IMG/VR virus record: IMGVR_UViG_3300045988_091802
Direction: 5' to 3' (one strand)
Source: a virus
Length of the DNA stretch: 49,646 bases
The notes beneath the pieces are model-generated. The model saw only the letters and a program-made list of their open reading frames with translations. It was not told the origin of the DNA and ran no database searches. Below, piece by piece: positions 18,197 through 27,200 of the stretch. Each line of letters opens with the position of its first letter. Position 1 is the first letter of the stretch. The position numbers and the translations under genes are program-made.

Positions 18197-18469
18197 TTAT
18201 TTAACCGCATAGAAAAAGCGCGGACTATATAGGTTTAAGTATTTGAGGCATCGCCAAACGCCTAACGAAAATAAACCGTATAGCCGCGCTTTGCCTGTAT
18301 ATCGGATAAGGATATACGACATTAGCGCGTTGTAGGTTTTCTTTTCGTTATTTGTTAATTTGGCGATTTTCAAATACAAAAGACCTAACGCTTTCCCTTC
18401 ATTGCCGGATTTCTCCCCAGCAACGGCACAAAGATATGAAATTATTGGCACAACGCAAATGAAAAGCAT
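18197..18469 (-). CDS. Possible small membrane protein
   Basis: ATG 18469, with a hydrophobic N-terminus. No promoter box was seen. Weak call. Confidence 0.3.
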   Translation of the reverse strand: MLFICVVPIISYLCAVAGEKSGNEGKALGLLYLKIAKLTNNEKKTYNALMSYILIRYTGKARLYGLFSLGVWRCLKYLNLYSPRFFYAVK

Positions 18470-18480
18470 ACAAATAGACA

Positions 18481-18622
18481 GCACAACAAGCAAATACAAG
18501 CAGAAACAACCTAATTCAACCTAAAACAAGCTACAAACAAGCAAAAACAACCTTATATCTATATCAATATCTATAAATATATTGTTGTTGCTGTTGTTGT
18601 TTATAAGCGCGTGCGCATAAGC
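18481..18622. repeat. 10-bp-phased ACAA(G/C)C/A-tract array plus a diverged copy of the AT-rich/GTTGTT/GCGCGTGCGC module seen at 1950-2026
   Basis: ACAAGC or ACAACC starts at 18486, 18496, 18506, (18516), 18526, 18537 and 18547. Then 18548-18622 aligns with 1950-2026. Confidence 0.6.
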
Positions 18623-18635
18623 AAAAGCAGATTTG

Positions 18636-18699
18636 GAAGTTTTGGCGAAGTGTTTACCGCTCAACCCGATAAAGTATCACTTTAATACGATTATTTTTG
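18636..18699 (+). promoter_or_regulatory. Conserved promoter-type module P2 upstream of the head operon
   Basis: GAAGTTTTGGCGAAGTGTT at 18636-18654, GTATCACTTTAATAC at 18674-18688, TATTTTTG at 18692-18699. ATG at 18725. Confidence 0.6.
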
Positions 18700-18724
18700 C
18701 AGAAAGTTAAAGCAAGAATAGTTT

Positions 18725-19441
18725 ATGAACGAATTACAAGAAAAGATTTTAGCACTACTTGTAGCAAAGTTTCAAGGCGTGCGCAAAGACGGGTTACAAC
18801 ATTTGGCAGCCGCTATCGGCTTACAAGTAACAACCGAAGAAGAAGCTAACCAAGTCGTAGATAAACTTACCGCCGACAAAGTTAGCGCATTCGTAACGGA
18901 GTGGCGGCGTACAGCCGACGCGGAGATTAGCAAGGCTAACCAAACCTACGAAAACAGCCTTAAAGAAAAGTATGATTTCGTGGAGAAAGGAAAGCAAACA
19001 CCTCCGGGCGGACAACAGACACCACCCATTGAAACAGGCGGAGCGGTGACGCTTGAAGCGATTAGCAAACTTATCGAGGACAAGTTAAAGGGCGTACAAG
19101 ACAGTATTACCACACTTAACGCCGATAAGGTGGCAGACTCGCGACGTAAACTATTTGTAGCCAAGTTGGACGAAGCCAAGGTAGAGGGAAGACAACGGGA
19201 AATGATGTTGCGCAACTTCGACCGTATCAACACCTTTGCCAACGACGACGATTTCAACAACTACATGACCGAAGCGCAAGGCGACATCGCAGCTTTGCAA
19301 CAGGAACGCGCAGACCAAGGACTGCAAGGACACGAAAAGCCCCTATTTGGAGCCGTGAACAAAGAAGGGATTAGTAGCGGAGTTGCAGAGTTTATCAAGG
19401 AGCGCACAGAGAGCAAAACCCTAACGGGTAAGGAAGTCTAA
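18725..19441 (+). CDS. Capsid scaffolding protein
   Basis: 238 aa, helical and charged, positioned upstream of the decoration-like and major capsid genes. Confidence 0.6.
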   Translation: MNELQEKILALLVAKFQGVRKDGLQHLAAAIGLQVTTEEEANQVVDKLTADKVSAFVTEWRRTADAEISKANQTYENSLKEKYDFVEKGKQTPPGGQQTPPIETGGAVTLEAISKLIEDKLKGVQDSITTLNADKVADSRRKLFVAKLDEAKVEGRQREMMLRNFDRINTFANDDDFNNYMTEAQGDIAALQQERADQGLQGHEKPLFGAVNKEGISSGVAEFIKERTESKTLTGKEV

Positions 19442-19458
19442 CTTAAAATTACATCAAA

Positions 19459-20043
19459 ATGGGTTTGAGAATTGACCGCAAGAAAGATGAGCGTGTAGTA
19501 CACGCTTGTACGCATAATTTGGCGGACATTCCGAACGGTGTTACCGTTTGTTCCGCAGACCTTATCCCCGGTGGGATATTGAGGGAAGGCACAGCCATCG
19601 GAAAGGGCGAAGCCGGGCTTTACCACGTCATCAAGACGGCGAAAGTTACGGAAGCTGCAAACAATACCGCAACCGCCTATAAGGTTGAGAAAGGGCATCA
19701 CTTCAAAAAGGGCGATTTCGTGATGTTGAAAGTTGGCGCAAAGGCTTACGCTATTACCGCCATTGACACATCCGAAACAACCTACGACACCATTACCGTA
19801 GGAACTACGCTCGGCGAAGCCGTGAAAGTTGGCGACGCACTTGTACAGGCATCAGCGCAAAGCGCAAGCAACACAAGCGCGTTTAAGTATGCCCCGAAAG
19901 CCTTAGTAGGCGACAGCTACGAAGTGAAAGCACTTGATAACCACCTCGTAGTAGCGGTTACTATTGGGCAGTTCAAAGAGAGTGTTATCCCGGCGCAGAA
20001 CGGCGACATTAAAGCCGCGCTTCCCGGAATTGTTTTAATTTAA
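19459..20043 (+). CDS. Putative head decoration/accessory protein
   Basis: Lies between the scaffold and major capsid genes, matching the lambda Nu3-D-E order. No diagnostic motif. Confidence 0.4.
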   Translation: MGLRIDRKKDERVVHACTHNLADIPNGVTVCSADLIPGGILREGTAIGKGEAGLYHVIKTAKVTEAANNTATAYKVEKGHHFKKGDFVMLKVGAKAYAITAIDTSETTYDTITVGTTLGEAVKVGDALVQASAQSASNTSAFKYAPKALVGDSYEVKALDNHLVVAVTIGQFKESVIPAQNGDIKAALPGIVLI

Positions 20044-20056
20044 TTCGCAGTAGGTT

Positions 20057-21163
20057 ATGATAGGAACTTTAATGCGTGGGCTTGTAGAGAAAGACATGCA
20101 AGCCGTCGTAAATTCTTACGACTTGAAGCCCTACTACTACCCTACGCTTTTCCCGTTGAAAGAAACCTATACTTTGACGTGGAAGGCATTGGAAACGCAG
20201 GTAGGGTTAAAGATAGCCGCAGATTTGGTAGCGCGTGGCGCAAGCGTTGATAAAAAGACGCGCGAAGCTATTGCCCGTATTCAAGGAGACATCCCCAAGA
20301 TTGCGGTAAAGCGCACCAAGAACGACGAAGAACTGAACGAGTACGACATCATGGTAGCCATGACTTCACAGAACCCGGATTTACGCCGGTTGGTTGAAGC
20401 GTGGGCAGAAGATACCGACTTTTGCTGGACAGCCGTAGCCGCACGTTTGGAATGGATGGCGTTGCAGTCTATCTCTTTGGGAAAGATTACGCTTACCAAC
20501 ACCAACAACGTATCGGCTATCAGTGAATACGACGTAGATTACCAATTACCGGCAGACCAAAAGGTAGGTTTCCAAACCGGCTCGGCAAATTGGACTACTT
20601 CGGCTTCGGCTAAGCCTATTACCAAAGACTTCAAGGCAGTAGTTAGAGCCGCCAAGAAGAAAGGGCATAACTTGAAGTTTGCCTTTATGTCGCTTGACAC
20701 TTTCGCAACCTTCACAGAGTGCGAAGAAGTGCAGAAGATTTGCGCATCGTTCGCGGCTAACGCTTTGGGTATTCAGCAAACGCCGAGCGTTGAGCAAGTA
20801 AATACCGCTTTGCGCGGTTTGTCTTACTTGCGCGGCTTGCAGGTGGTAGTTATTGACCAAGATATTACTATCGAGCTTGAAGACGGTAGCCGACCGTTCA
20901 GCGGCAACCCGTTTACCGAGAACGTAGTAATGTTCAGCGAAAGCAAGGTTTTGGGCAATACCTATTGGAAGAAACCGGCAGACATGAACGTACAAGGCTC
21001 GGTAGCTATAAAGGCTTTGAACGGGCATACGCTTATCAAGAAGTTTGCGAACGAAGAACCGTTGGAGGAAGTAACAATGGGTATTGCTAACGCTTTCCCG
21101 GCGTGGCTTACTTCTTCGCGCTCGTGGTTGATGAGTACCGATAATTCAAGTTGGAATCACTAA
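20057..21163 (+). CDS. Major capsid protein (HK97 fold, lambda gpE-like)
   Basis: 368 aa, with the size and position expected of a major capsid protein. Confidence 0.75.
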   Translation: MIGTLMRGLVEKDMQAVVNSYDLKPYYYPTLFPLKETYTLTWKALETQVGLKIAADLVARGASVDKKTREAIARIQGDIPKIAVKRTKNDEELNEYDIMVAMTSQNPDLRRLVEAWAEDTDFCWTAVAARLEWMALQSISLGKITLTNTNNVSAISEYDVDYQLPADQKVGFQTGSANWTTSASAKPITKDFKAVVRAAKKKGHNLKFAFMSLDTFATFTECEEVQKICASFAANALGIQQTPSVEQVNTALRGLSYLRGLQVVVIDQDITIELEDGSRPFSGNPFTENVVMFSESKVLGNTYWKKPADMNVQGSVAIKALNGHTLIKKFANEEPLEEVTMGIANAFPAWLTSSRSWLMSTDNSSWNH

Positions 21164-21215
21164 CTAAAAGCCGGGAGGTAGCAAAAGCCGCCTTCCGGCA
21201 TAATCCGTTTAGCTT

Positions 21216-21527
21216 ATGACATACAAAGAATGGTTTACCCGTACCGTTTCACGCTTTGGCGTTGAGGGCGGAGATATAGAACTGATATTAGCCAACCAAC
21301 AGGGGTTAATCCCGGACGCAGAAGCGGAAGTAGATATTACGACCGCCAAACGTGCGCTTTGTGCTGAGTTCGGCTCTATTATTCCGCTTGCCAACGTGAG
21401 CGAAGGCGGTTATTCGCTTTCGTGGAATTGGGAAGCCATCAAGTTTTGGTATAATCAGACTTGCGGCGAATTGGGCATTACGCCGGTTAATACGCCGAAA
21501 GTCAGAAACAGAAGTAACAGATGGTAA
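21216..21527 (+). CDS. Putative head-tail connector protein
   Basis: 103 aa, first gene after the capsid gene. Confidence 0.45.
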   Translation: MTYKEWFTRTVSRFGVEGGDIELILANQQGLIPDAEAEVDITTAKRALCAEFGSIIPLANVSEGGYSLSWNWEAIKFWYNQTCGELGITPVNTPKVRNRSNRW

Positions 21528-21916
21528 CAAGCGTAGTAAACAACCAATACCCACACTATCTCTACAAGCGGACTACCGGCGGCGAAGCCGTGCAGAACGC
21601 TAACGGGAGTTGGGAAACGACCGAAAGCGCATGGGTTTTTCATAGCAAATGCAGGGAGGAAACCAACGGGAAGGGTACGCAGATAAATACTGCAAGCGGA
21701 AAGTTTGTTACGTTTTCTTCGCTTGTTCAAATTCCGGTAGGAGTTGAGCGCATACCCGAAGGGGTGGAAATAGCGGTAACGGAAGAACCGTTAGAGCCGT
21801 CGGCGTTGCTTGACCAAACGGTTATGGAAGAAGCTAAGATTTCGGGATTAGTTAGGGTTTCCGGCGAATGCTTGAAATTCGATAAGGGGCGGTTACATTG
21901 TAGGCTATGGGTGTAA
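21521..21916 (+). CDS. Putative head closure/adaptor protein
   Basis: 131 aa, overlapping its neighbours in the connector module. Confidence 0.45.
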   Translation: MVTSVVNNQYPHYLYKRTTGGEAVQNANGSWETTESAWVFHSKCREETNGKGTQINTASGKFVTFSSLVQIPVGVERIPEGVEIAVTEEPLEPSALLDQTVMEEAKISGLVRVSGECLKFDKGRLHCRLWV

Positions 21917-22389
21917 AGGCTAAATTCAAAGGCAGTATAGACAACGTTCTAAAAGCGTTCCTTAACGAAGTGGAAAGGCAGATAATCGAAAGCCTTTGCC
22001 GCGTCGGAGAGGAAGCCGTATCGCTTGCACGAAGACCCCACGCCAAAGACTGGCAAGACCAAACGGGCAACTTGCGTTCTTCCGTTGGCTACGTGGTATT
22101 CAAAGACGGTGTGCAAATACGACAAAGCGCATTTGAGACCGTACCACCGAAAGTAAACCGGGAAGGAACGAAGTTTTCCGGAGCAAAAGAAGGTTTGAGG
22201 TTGGCGCAGGAAGTAGGAAGCAGCCACAAAGAAGGCTATACGCTTGTAGTGGTAGCAGGTATGAACTACGCCGTACACGTTGAAAGCAAAGGGCGTGATG
22301 TCCTTACATCAGCCGAGAAGCAAGCCGAAAAACTAATAGCAAGAGAGTTAGCAGACTTGATTACAAACATTAAAAACGCGTTCAAGTAA
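21907..22389 (+). CDS. HK97 gp10-like tail/connector component
   Basis: TGNLRSSVGY signature, and position in the module. Confidence 0.55.
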   Translation: MGVKAKFKGSIDNVLKAFLNEVERQIIESLCRVGEEAVSLARRPHAKDWQDQTGNLRSSVGYVVFKDGVQIRQSAFETVPPKVNREGTKFSGAKEGLRLAQEVGSSHKEGYTLVVVAGMNYAVHVESKGRDVLTSAEKQAEKLIARELADLITNIKNAFK

Positions 22390-22805
22390 TGAAGAAGTGC
22401 AGCAGCATAGACACCGACGATATTCTGTATAAGATTATTGCGGAAGGCGTTAAAGCCGGGAAAATAAAGGTTTCCGGCATTGTATGCCCCCAAGACGAAC
22501 GCCCGGACAACAGCGAAACCGAAGATATTGTAATTAACACTATCACGGTAACGCATGACAAGCCGCAAAGCGGAACTTCTAACGTGAACATTTACGTTTC
22601 AGACAAGAAAGTAAAGATACGCGGACGGGAGCAACGCAAGGCTGACCGGGAACGACTACGGGAGATTGGCGATGCGGTTGTAGCTTATTTGGAAGCGCAG
22701 AACATAGCCGACCTCGAATTTTGGATAGAGAGCGACACAGTAGTTAAAGAACAACAGGTTTACCAGCACTACCGTAACTTGCGTATAGGCTGGAACATTC
22801 ATTAA
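22389..22805 (+). CDS. Putative tail terminator/completion protein
   Basis: 138 aa, directly upstream of the major tail gene. Confidence 0.4.
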   Translation: MKKCSSIDTDDILYKIIAEGVKAGKIKVSGIVCPQDERPDNSETEDIVINTITVTHDKPQSGTSNVNIYVSDKKVKIRGREQRKADRERLREIGDAVVAYLEAQNIADLEFWIESDTVVKEQQVYQHYRNLRIGWNIH

Positions 22806-22817
22806 AAATTAAACGAT

Positions 22818-23342
22818 ATGGCAACATTAGTTACATTGGGACTTTCCAAGATATTGGGCAAGCAAGGCGAACCCACTAAGTTGGACTTCGTAGAAACGGA
22901 CTACAAGGTTTTCGGCTTGACTTACGAAGATACCTGCAAAATGTCGCAGGAAGACCCGGAAACAACCGAGTTCTACGCCGAAGAAGAAGACGACCCGGTA
23001 GAAACGATAGAGAAGCAAGGTAAGATTACCTTCACTTTTTCCATCATGAACCCGGATTTAGACACGCTTAAACGCTTGTTTGGCGGTGAGGTGGCATCCG
23101 ATGTTTGGAGTTACCCGGACGTTGTAAATTCGGTGGAGGAATCCGTTATTATTATTCCGCGTAAAGGGTTGAAATTCCAAGTTCCGCGTATGAAGCTGAC
23201 TTCCAAAATTAACGGAGAGTTCAGCAAGAAAGGGCTGCTTCTTATTGAAGTAACCGGTACGGTAATGAAACCGGCTACTACCGGATTAAAGAAAATGGCA
23301 GTAGGAAAAGTAGCTACTACGACCCAACAAATAGGGTCTTAA
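22818..23342 (+). CDS. Major tail (tube) protein
   Basis: 174 aa, followed by a strong terminator, then the chaperones and the tape measure gene. Confidence 0.6.
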   Translation: MATLVTLGLSKILGKQGEPTKLDFVETDYKVFGLTYEDTCKMSQEDPETTEFYAEEEDDPVETIEKQGKITFTFSIMNPDLDTLKRLFGGEVASDVWSYPDVVNSVEESVIIIPRKGLKFQVPRMKLTSKINGEFSKKGLLLIEVTGTVMKPATTGLKKMAVGKVATTTQQIGS

Positions 23343-23379
23343 ACCTATTTGTCCGTTTGAATTAAACGAGTTCTAACCG

Positions 23380-23417
23380 GAAAGACCCGCTACTTTGTTC
23401 CGGGTCTTTCTTCATTT
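23380..23417 (+). terminator. Rho-independent terminator-like hairpin after the major tail gene
   Basis: GAAAGACCCG...CGGGTCTTTC (10-bp stem) followed by a T-rich run. Confidence 0.6.
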
Positions 23418-23425
23418 AACAGAGT

Positions 23426-24001
23426 ATGGACGAAAAAGAGAAATTAGATAACCTTACACGCGAACAGAACGAGTTAAGGCAGATGATCAACAGCGGCGTA
23501 ACGTTCGATGTGGATATAACCTACAAAAAACGCAAGCCGGGATTATTGGGCTTTATTCGCAAGCGCGAAAAGGTAACGGAAAAGAAAGTTTTCCGGGTTG
23601 CAGAACCTACGCTATCAACGCTTGACAGGCTTAGCGCGTTATGGCTTGAAATGACCATAGACGAAACGAAGCTAAAAGACGCTGATTATTTGTGCGCGGC
23701 TAAGAAGTTGGCGGCAAAGGAAGCGAAAAAGCTCGCCAAGGTGGTAGCGGTTGCAGTATTGGGCGAAGAATACTACGACGTGACAGAAAGCGGCGGTTAC
23801 TTTACCCGGAAGCCTAACGAAAAGCGTTTGACCCGGCTTGCTTCGTTGTTTGAGCATACCGTAACACCCTCGCAGCTTCTTACGCTTGCCATTCTGATAA
23901 CCAACGTAAGCAACTTAGGGGATTTTATAAACTCTATAAGATTGATGAGCGCAACACGTACAAGCGACCCGATGACAAATCTTATAGAGCAACAGGGTTA
24001 A
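23426..24001 (+). CDS. Tail assembly chaperone (G-like)
   Basis: 191 aa, immediately upstream of the tape measure gene. Confidence 0.55.
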   Translation: MDEKEKLDNLTREQNELRQMINSGVTFDVDITYKKRKPGLLGFIRKREKVTEKKVFRVAEPTLSTLDRLSALWLEMTIDETKLKDADYLCAAKKLAAKEAKKLAKVVAVAVLGEEYYDVTESGGYFTRKPNEKRLTRLASLFEHTVTPSQLLTLAILITNVSNLGDFINSIRLMSATRTSDPMTNLIEQQG

Positions 24002-24027
24002 AAAGTCCACACGGACGGCGTGGCTCG

Positions 24028-24216
24028 GTGTGTGCGCACTTCGGCTGGACGTTGGACTACCTCCTGCACGGTATTCCGTGGGGAACGGTACAGAGAATGT
24101 TAATAGACGCGCCCGGCGTTGAGGACGAAGACACTACGAAGAAAGATACCGAAATAGTGCTTACGGACGATAACGCGGACGAAGTAATGAAACTTATAAA
24201 CAAATTGAATAGATGA
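24028..24216 (+). CDS. Tail assembly chaperone extension (T-like), a possible frameshift product
   Basis: This frame stays open far upstream into the end of 23426-24001. Its stop overlaps the tape measure ATG (ATGA). Confidence 0.4.
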   Translation: MCAHFGWTLDYLLHGIPWGTVQRMLIDAPGVEDEDTTKKDTEIVLTDDNADEVMKLINKLNR

Positions 24217-27200
24217 ACATACAAGGCGGCGGTTTGTCTTTTGACATTTCGGGAACAAACAGGGAACTGCTCCGGGTGCTTGAAGAAAGCAAAAGGGCTA
24301 TACAGCAGTTCAGCACGTCGGCGGTGCAGAACGGCAAAGGGATAGATAAAGCCTTTGAAGCTACCGCAGCCGTGATAAATTCGGGATTTGCTACGATAGA
24401 CCGTATTTTTGAGGAAAACAAAACGGCTTTGAAAGACCTGCAAGCCCAATACGAAGAATTGGGGCAGAAAGCCGGTAAAGCGTTCACGGAAGGACGCGAT
24501 GAGGAATACAGGGCTATGGCGGCACAGCAAGCCACTTTGAAAAGCGAAATAAACCTGCGTCAGCAAGTAATCAGCGAAGCGGAAAAGCAAGCCGACGCGC
24601 TGATGAAAGAGGAACAGGAATTGAACAAACAGCGTGAAGCAGCCGAAAGGAGCGCGAGGGCGCAACAGTCCTTAGAAACGCAATTACGCCGATGCCGGGA
24701 AGCGTTGGTAGCGATGGAAGCGGAAGGCAAACGGGGAACGGCGGAGTTTCGGGAAATGCAGGAGGAAGCCGCGCGTTTGGCTAAGGCGTGGAAAGACGCT
24801 ACCGACCAATCCAACATATTAGCGCACGACCAAAGGGGAATGCAGGGACTTATTAGCGGTCTTTCCGGTTTGTCCGGCGGATTTGCGGCGGCACAAGGAG
24901 CGGCAAGCCTGTTTATAGGCGAAAACGAGAATTTGCAAAAAGTCATGCTCAAAGTTCAGAGCCTTATGAGCATAACGATAGGATTGCAGCAGGTGGAACA
25001 AATGCTAAACAAGGATAGCGCGTTTAGGCTTGTAACAGTAGCCAAGGCGAAAGACTTGCTAACAGCGGCAAACGTTCGGCTTGCAGCGGCTTTGCATATT
25101 TCCAACACAGCGGCGGCAGCTTTGATGGCTACGCTTACATTGGGGCTTTCCGTTGCAATTACCGCCGTAATCGTGGCTCTTACCCGGATGCAGAGCAAAC
25201 AAGCGGAAGCAAAGAAGCAGGCGGAAGAATTTAACAACAAGGTTGCGGAAGCCGCAGCAGAACCCGTAACAGCATACCGGATGTTGCAAGCGGAATGGTT
25301 AAGCCTTACCGGGTCATTGAAAGAGCGCGAAAAGTGGGTACAGGACAACGCCGACAAATTCGAGGATTTGGGGTACTCTGTGCGAAATGCGAAAGAAGCG
25401 GAAGAATTGTTGGTAACAAACAGCGCGAAATTTGTAGAAGCTATGATGCTACGGGCTAAGGCAACAGCAACAAGCGAATTAGCCGTAGAGAAATACAAAA
25501 AAGTCATTGAAGCGCAGAACAAGTTAGACACCACGCCAAAGGCTTACGTTTCCAAGAAAGGTACTTATACCGACGGCTACGGAGTTCAACGCAAGGGCGT
25601 TGTTTTGGAGAAAAGCAGCAACTGGAAGGAAGCGGAAGAAGAATTGGAGAGAGCCGAAGAAGCCTATAACAGTCTTGTAAGCCAACAAATCAAATTCACG
25701 CAACAGGAAAAGGAGATATTAGCATCGATAGGCAACCAAACGGGGAAGGTGGTAGCCGGAAGCGTGGAAGCCGCAGAAAAGGAACTTTCGCGCTTGCAGG
25801 AACTTTATAAGAAAGCGGCAACCGACGCGGAACGCGCGGACATAGCGAAGCAAATAGCCGAACAGCAAAAGGAACTAAACCGTATCAGCTATAACAGCGG
25901 AGAGAACAAAAGCGGAGGTAAAGAAGATGCTGACCCGTTCGCGGAACAACTGAACGAGCGAAAAGCACTTTATTCCAAGTACCTAAAATGGGTAACAAGT
26001 TCCGATGAAACGGTACGGAAGGCGGCTAATACAGAATTTGCCGCGCTACTTCAAGAAGGGACAAGCTACCTCGATTATTTGGAGAACCTACGCAATGAGA
26101 TTTCAAGCAAGGCGAACAAAACGGCTACCGACTTGAAGAACATAGCCACATTGAATAACGAGATAGCGAACGCAACTAAGGAAGCCGTTATTTCGGATTT
26201 TGACGCGCAACTGCAAAGGGAGCTTTCCATGTGTCAGACCGTAAGCGAACAATTAGCGTTGATAGAACGCCGGAGGGAAGAACTTAGCGGCGACAATTCA
26301 GACGTAGATAATGCAAAGTCCGATATTTTGGACGTTGCGGAAGAAGATACCAAAGCCAAGGCAAGGCAGGAAACGCGCGAGTTGTTGCAGGAATACGCAA
26401 GCTATGTACAGGAAAAATTAGAGTTTGAAGAAAGCTACGCACGGAAACGGGAACTTCTAAGTAAGGCAGCGGCGGAAGCGAGCAACGAACAGGAAAAGAA
26501 AGCCGCCGAAGCCGCATTAGCCGCATTGGAGAAGCAACGCAAGGAATACGAAAGCCGGAGCGGAAGCGAACAATACGACCAACTTCTAACCGAGTACCAA
26601 AGCTACCAAGAGAAACAAACGGCGATTTTGCAGAAATACGCCGAGCAACGGGCGGAAGCGGAAAAGCAGGGGAATTTATCCATGATTACGCAGATAAACG
26701 CCAAGGAACAGGAAGAACTAAGCAAACTTGCAGCTTCACGCCTTATGGCTACCGAAAGTTGGAATCAGTTGTTTAGCGACCTTTCCCGGCTAAGCACACG
26801 CACGATAAACAAACTGCTTGAAGACATCAACAACAAGAAGATAACATTTTCCACGCAGTTTAACCCGGCAGACCTAAAAGCCATAAACGACCAATTAGAG
26901 AAAGCCCGTAACGAGTTGGAAAGCAGAAACCCGTTTTTGGCATTAAAAAACAGCCTTGCAGAACTTCGGGCGGCGATGAACGCGGAAAGGCTGTTAGACA
27001 GCGATGACCCGTTTGTAAAGTCATTGCAGGACAAGAAGCAGCAGTACGAGCAATATGCCGAAGCGGTAAGCAGCACCGACGAAATTTTAGCCGGTGCAGC
27101 AAAGACGGCATACGCCGACCTTCTTAAAGAAGGCTCATCGTACATTGACATGTTGCGCCGGAAAATTGCGGAACTTGAAAACATAAAACTTACCGTAGGG

